Shown one piece after another: positions 25,201 to 28,134 of a stretch of DNA of 28,134 nt. Origin of the DNA: an uncultured Thermoplasmata archaeon (lineage in GTDB: Archaea > Thermoplasmatota > B47-G6); the NCBI GenBank assembly GCA_965552035.1, contig CBEVQP010000001.1:1-28134 (forward strand). Direction: 5' to 3'. The position numbers and the translations under genes are program-made. The stretch's first letter is position 1, and each line of letters begins with the position of its first letter. The notes under the pieces are model-generated. The model did no database searches. It was not told where the DNA came from and saw nothing but the letters and a program-made list of their open reading frames with translations.

Positions 25201-26855
25201 ACCCTCTTTGCTACCTTAACTCCATTTATCACTCTAATTCCGTTTTCTAAATGACCGCGGAACAATAATTTGCCAGTCCTGTCGTCGACAATTGTTACGT
25301 GATCTGTACATGAGAAACATGGATCTATGGATCCAATTATAATCGGTGCATCTGCTAGAGCCTCACCCTCTAACATGATAGGTACAGAGGGAAGGTTGTT
25401 GTATGAAGGTGCCCTGGGTCTCCACCTATAGAGCTTACTTCCGCGATGAATGATCACGAAGTGCACGTCCTCCCCACGGGGTGCTTCAGTAGCGCCAACG
25501 CCATGGAAGTACTCTGGCACATCGTATCTATCTACCATGAGGTCTCCTCTTGGAATTTGGTCCAGAACCTGCTCTACTAAGTAGAAACTCTCGTTTAGCT
25601 CGTCAACTCTAACAAGGAACCTTGAGAGAACGTCACACCCTTTGTAGACAGGAACCTTAAAGTCAAGATATTTGTACGCAGCATATGGATGATCCTTTCT
25701 CACGTCGGTATCAATATCCGAAGCCCTTGCAACAGGTCCGACGACTCCGATGGCTCTGGCCTTATCCTTTGGAAGAACTCCGACACCTTCCATTCTGTTA
25801 ATAAGCTCTTTCATGTGGGAGGCGTCCTCTAAAAACTTCATTGCATTCTTTCGAGCTTCCTTAAGTATTTTAAGTGCTTTATCCTTCTTTTCTTCGTTTA
25901 TATCCCACCTTACGCCGCCTACAAGGTTCATTCCGTATGTTTTTCTATTTCCAGTAAGTAACTCGGCAACATCCATCACATCCTCTCTAATCCTCCATGC
26001 GTGCATGAAACCTGTGTCGAATCCCAATAGGTGGAAGGCTACGCCAAGCCAGAGAAGGTGAGAGTGGATTCTCTCAATTTCTAGGAGCAATGTTCTTATG
26101 TATTCGGCTCTTTCTGGGATTTCTAGGCCTATCGCGTTCTCGACAGCAAGACAATAAGCTACCATGTGCGTATAGCCACAAATTCCACAAATTCTCTCAG
26201 CAACAAAAGGAACCTGATTTATCGTAAGCCTTCCTTCTGCAAGTTTTTCCAGTCCTCTATGTACGAAGAATCCCTTGTATTCTGCCCCAACGATTGTTTC
26301 ACCATCTACACGTATTTCGAAGTATTCAGGTTCGTGTAATGTCGGATGATAAGGTCCTACGGGAACTATCAATCGTTCGGGATCATCACTTAATCTTACG
26401 TCCTCTGGTTTTGCCTTTGGAGGCCTTTCGTTATATTTGAACTCCTTTCTCAGAGGGAACACACCATCTGGCCAATCGTCTGGGAGAATGAGCCTCTTAG
26501 GCTCAGGATGACCTCTGAACACGATGCCAACCATGTCATATGCCTCTCTCTCAGCCCAGTTAGCGCCTGGAATCTCCGGCGTAATAGATGGAACCCAAAC
26601 ATCGTTTTCTGGGGCGCTTACTTTTACGACAATATATTTTCCCTCTCCTTCATGGTTAAAGATATGGTACATTGAGAAAACTCCTGTTTTAGGCCTCTCA
26701 TCACATCCTACACCAGTAGCGTAATATGCGCCTAGTTCAAACAGTTTTTTGGCAATATCTTTAACCTTATCTCTAGGAAACTCTACGATGATCGTGCTTG
26801 GATCTTCTCTAATTATCTTTCCACCATTTTCGATTAAGACATCTTTTATACCCAT
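25197..26855 (-). CDS. Group 4 [NiFe]-hydrogenase large subunit, NuoC-NuoD fused (HycE/Mfh-like)
   Basis: N-terminal NuoC-like part (EREAYDMVG, PLRK), Ni-binding ERICGICG and DPCFSCTDH, followed by a C-terminal extension; ATG 26855 preferred (GGTGG RBS), GTG 26864 is the alternative. Confidence 0.93.
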   Translation of the reverse strand: MGIKDVLIENGGKIIREDPSTIIVEFPRDKVKDIAKKLFELGAYYATGVGCDERPKTGVFSMYHIFNHEGEGKYIVVKVSAPENDVWVPSITPEIPGANWAEREAYDMVGIVFRGHPEPKRLILPDDWPDGVFPLRKEFKYNERPPKAKPEDVRLSDDPERLIVPVGPYHPTLHEPEYFEIRVDGETIVGAEYKGFFVHRGLEKLAEGRLTINQVPFVAERICGICGYTHMVAYCLAVENAIGLEIPERAEYIRTLLLEIERIHSHLLWLGVAFHLLGFDTGFMHAWRIREDVMDVAELLTGNRKTYGMNLVGGVRWDINEEKKDKALKILKEARKNAMKFLEDASHMKELINRMEGVGVLPKDKARAIGVVGPVARASDIDTDVRKDHPYAAYKYLDFKVPVYKGCDVLSRFLVRVDELNESFYLVEQVLDQIPRGDLMVDRYDVPEYFHGVGATEAPRGEDVHFVIIHRGSKLYRWRPRAPSYNNLPSVPIMLEGEALADAPIIIGSIDPCFSCTDHVTIVDDRTGKLLFRGHLENGIRVINGVKVAKRV

Positions 26856-26857
26856 TG

Positions 26858-27748
26858 TTACCACCCTATGAAGGCAATAATCCAGCTTATCAGGCCTAGC
26901 AGCGAAACCTTCTTCAGAACCCTTACTGCTTGATCTATTCTCATTCTTCCCATATGGGCCTCTATCGTGGCGAGTATTATGGGGATCAAAATGATGCCTA
27001 CGATGTAGCCGATGGTCCTCATTATAAAGTCGGATGGAAGGATGAAGTTAAGGAATAGAGATGCTAATAGAATTCTTTTGAGATATATTGTGTATAATAC
27101 GAAGCCCAAATGTTTACCGCTATATTCTATGAACGGACCTTCAGCAATTTCTGGCTCAGCTTCTGGAATGTCAAAGGGAAGTCTAACACTTGCTACGTAC
27201 ATCGCAATTAAGTACAAGATAAGGACGAGTGTAGTAGACATCTTTAGTGGAAGTGGGAATAGGACATTAAGTTTTAGCGTTCCTGTAATTACCGCGAGGG
27301 TACCCACTACAAAGGCCATCAGAAATTCTTCTGTAATCATTAGGGAAACCTCTCTATTTCCGCCTACCTGAGCAAACGGGTTAGACGATGCAAATGCGCC
27401 AATGACGAATATTATTGATGAAAACGTTAGGAGATAGATCAAAACAATGAGATCTCCATAGAAGAATAATGCATCAGGGAATATTGTTGGGACGATGAGA
27501 TATGCAGTAAGTATTGCGAAAAATGCAAAAAACGGTGCACTAAGGAAGAGATACTTAACGCTTTCTTCTGGATACAAGCTCTCCCTTCTGAACAGCTTTA
27601 TGAGGTCGTACCAAGTCTGCATTATTGGCGGACCCTGTCTTCTCTGAACTCTTGCTTTTACCTTTCTTTCAATACCGTCAGCGAGAGGAGCATAGAATAG
27701 TGCAAAGATGATGTTTAGAATCACAAAGCCGATCATATAAGCGTTCAT
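26858..27748 (-). CDS. Hydrogenase membrane subunit (HycD/NuoH-like)
   Basis: ERKVKARVQRRQGPP, RLPFDIPEAEPEIAEGPFIEYSG, RMRIDQ; start at ATG 27748 (ATGA overlap). Confidence 0.92.
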   Translation of the reverse strand: MNAYMIGFVILNIIFALFYAPLADGIERKVKARVQRRQGPPIMQTWYDLIKLFRRESLYPEESVKYLFLSAPFFAFFAILTAYLIVPTIFPDALFFYGDLIVLIYLLTFSSIIFVIGAFASSNPFAQVGGNREVSLMITEEFLMAFVVGTLAVITGTLKLNVLFPLPLKMSTTLVLILYLIAMYVASVRLPFDIPEAEPEIAEGPFIEYSGKHLGFVLYTIYLKRILLASLFLNFILPSDFIMRTIGYIVGIILIPIILATIEAHMGRMRIDQAVRVLKKVSLLGLISWIIAFIGW

Positions 27749-28134
27749 AGGACAACACCCCACAGCATTAACATGACGCCCAGAAGGAGGAAGATGAGGG
27801 CTATTGACATCATGGCGCTGAGATCGTAGGATAAATCTTCGTAATCTAGGCTTTGCCTCTTCACTGCGTTTATGATTTTAGTAGCCAATTTGGAAAGCGC
27901 CTCTGTTACGAAGAACACCTCGGGGAATGCGTTTATGAAGTCTTTGTAGTATCCCCTTGCAGGAAGCCCTGAGGTAGATCTGGGATATCCACATGTCCAA
28001 ACACTGGTATGTCTCGTAGCTCTCACCAATACAGAGACTATAGGGGCTATCATAAAGATCATAATAAGGACTACAAATGGAACAAAGTTTCCTATGCCCG
28101 GTAAGACTACTCCGGGGAACACTTTAAGAGAAAC
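27745..28134 (-). CDS. C-terminal part of an antiporter-like hydrogenase membrane subunit (HyfB/HycC-like; 5'-partial)
   Basis: Frame open to the window end; hydrophobic helices and a WTCGY motif typical of HyfB-type C-termini; position in the operon. Confidence 0.7.
   Translation of the reverse strand, partial: VSLKVFPGVVLPGIGNFVPFVVLIMIFMIAPIVSVLVRATRHTSVWTCGYPRSTSGLPARGYYKDFINAFPEVFFVTEALSKLATKIINAVKRQSLDYEDLSYDLSAMMSIALIFLLLGVMLMLWGVVL

Noticed and set aside
19055-27371. Antisense ORFs within the oxidoreductase and hydrogenase/Mrp operons
   Set aside because: Shadows of strongly conserved genes.
1-28134. CRISPR array, tRNA or rRNA genes
   Set aside because: No regularly spaced direct repeats, cloverleaf or rRNA-like tracts seen on either strand by eye.

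Overview
Archaeal chromosomal window (GAGGTG(A)-type ribosome-binding sites, TATA/BRE promoters, many 4-nt ATGA gene overlaps, a box C/D sRNA); gene content suggests an anaerobic, probably (hyper)thermophilic heterotroph, but the lineage cannot be fixed from sequence alone. Left arm (1-13402): rubrerythrin; a divergent pair of carbohydrate genes (cytoplasmic GHL6/GH42-like hydrolase and a surface-anchored amylopullulanase-like protein whose GH57 catalytic motifs look lost); class III aminotransferase plus Asp/Glu-racemase-family gene; box C/D sRNA; LOG-family gene; rubredoxin, superoxide reductase-like and ferritin-VIT1 genes; SixA-like phosphatase; DSD1-like PLP enzyme. Centre (13403-~18000): a decaying accessory island with an Ig-like fragment, a transposase fragment fused to a broken tyrosine recombinase, and, divergent from it, what looks like one complete integron-type gene cassette (core site, membrane methyltransferase gene, attC-like site), although the recombinase lacks the IntI-specific insertion. 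These are followed by a GC-rich structured element, an AAA+/DUF4143 ATPase with tandem palindromic operators, and further pseudogenes. Right arm (18417-28134): GltD-like oxidoreductase plus polyferredoxin converging on a group 4 [NiFe]-hydrogenase/Mrp antiporter operon that runs off the window end. No rRNA, tRNA or CRISPR array seen. All family assignments come from motif recognition, not database searches.
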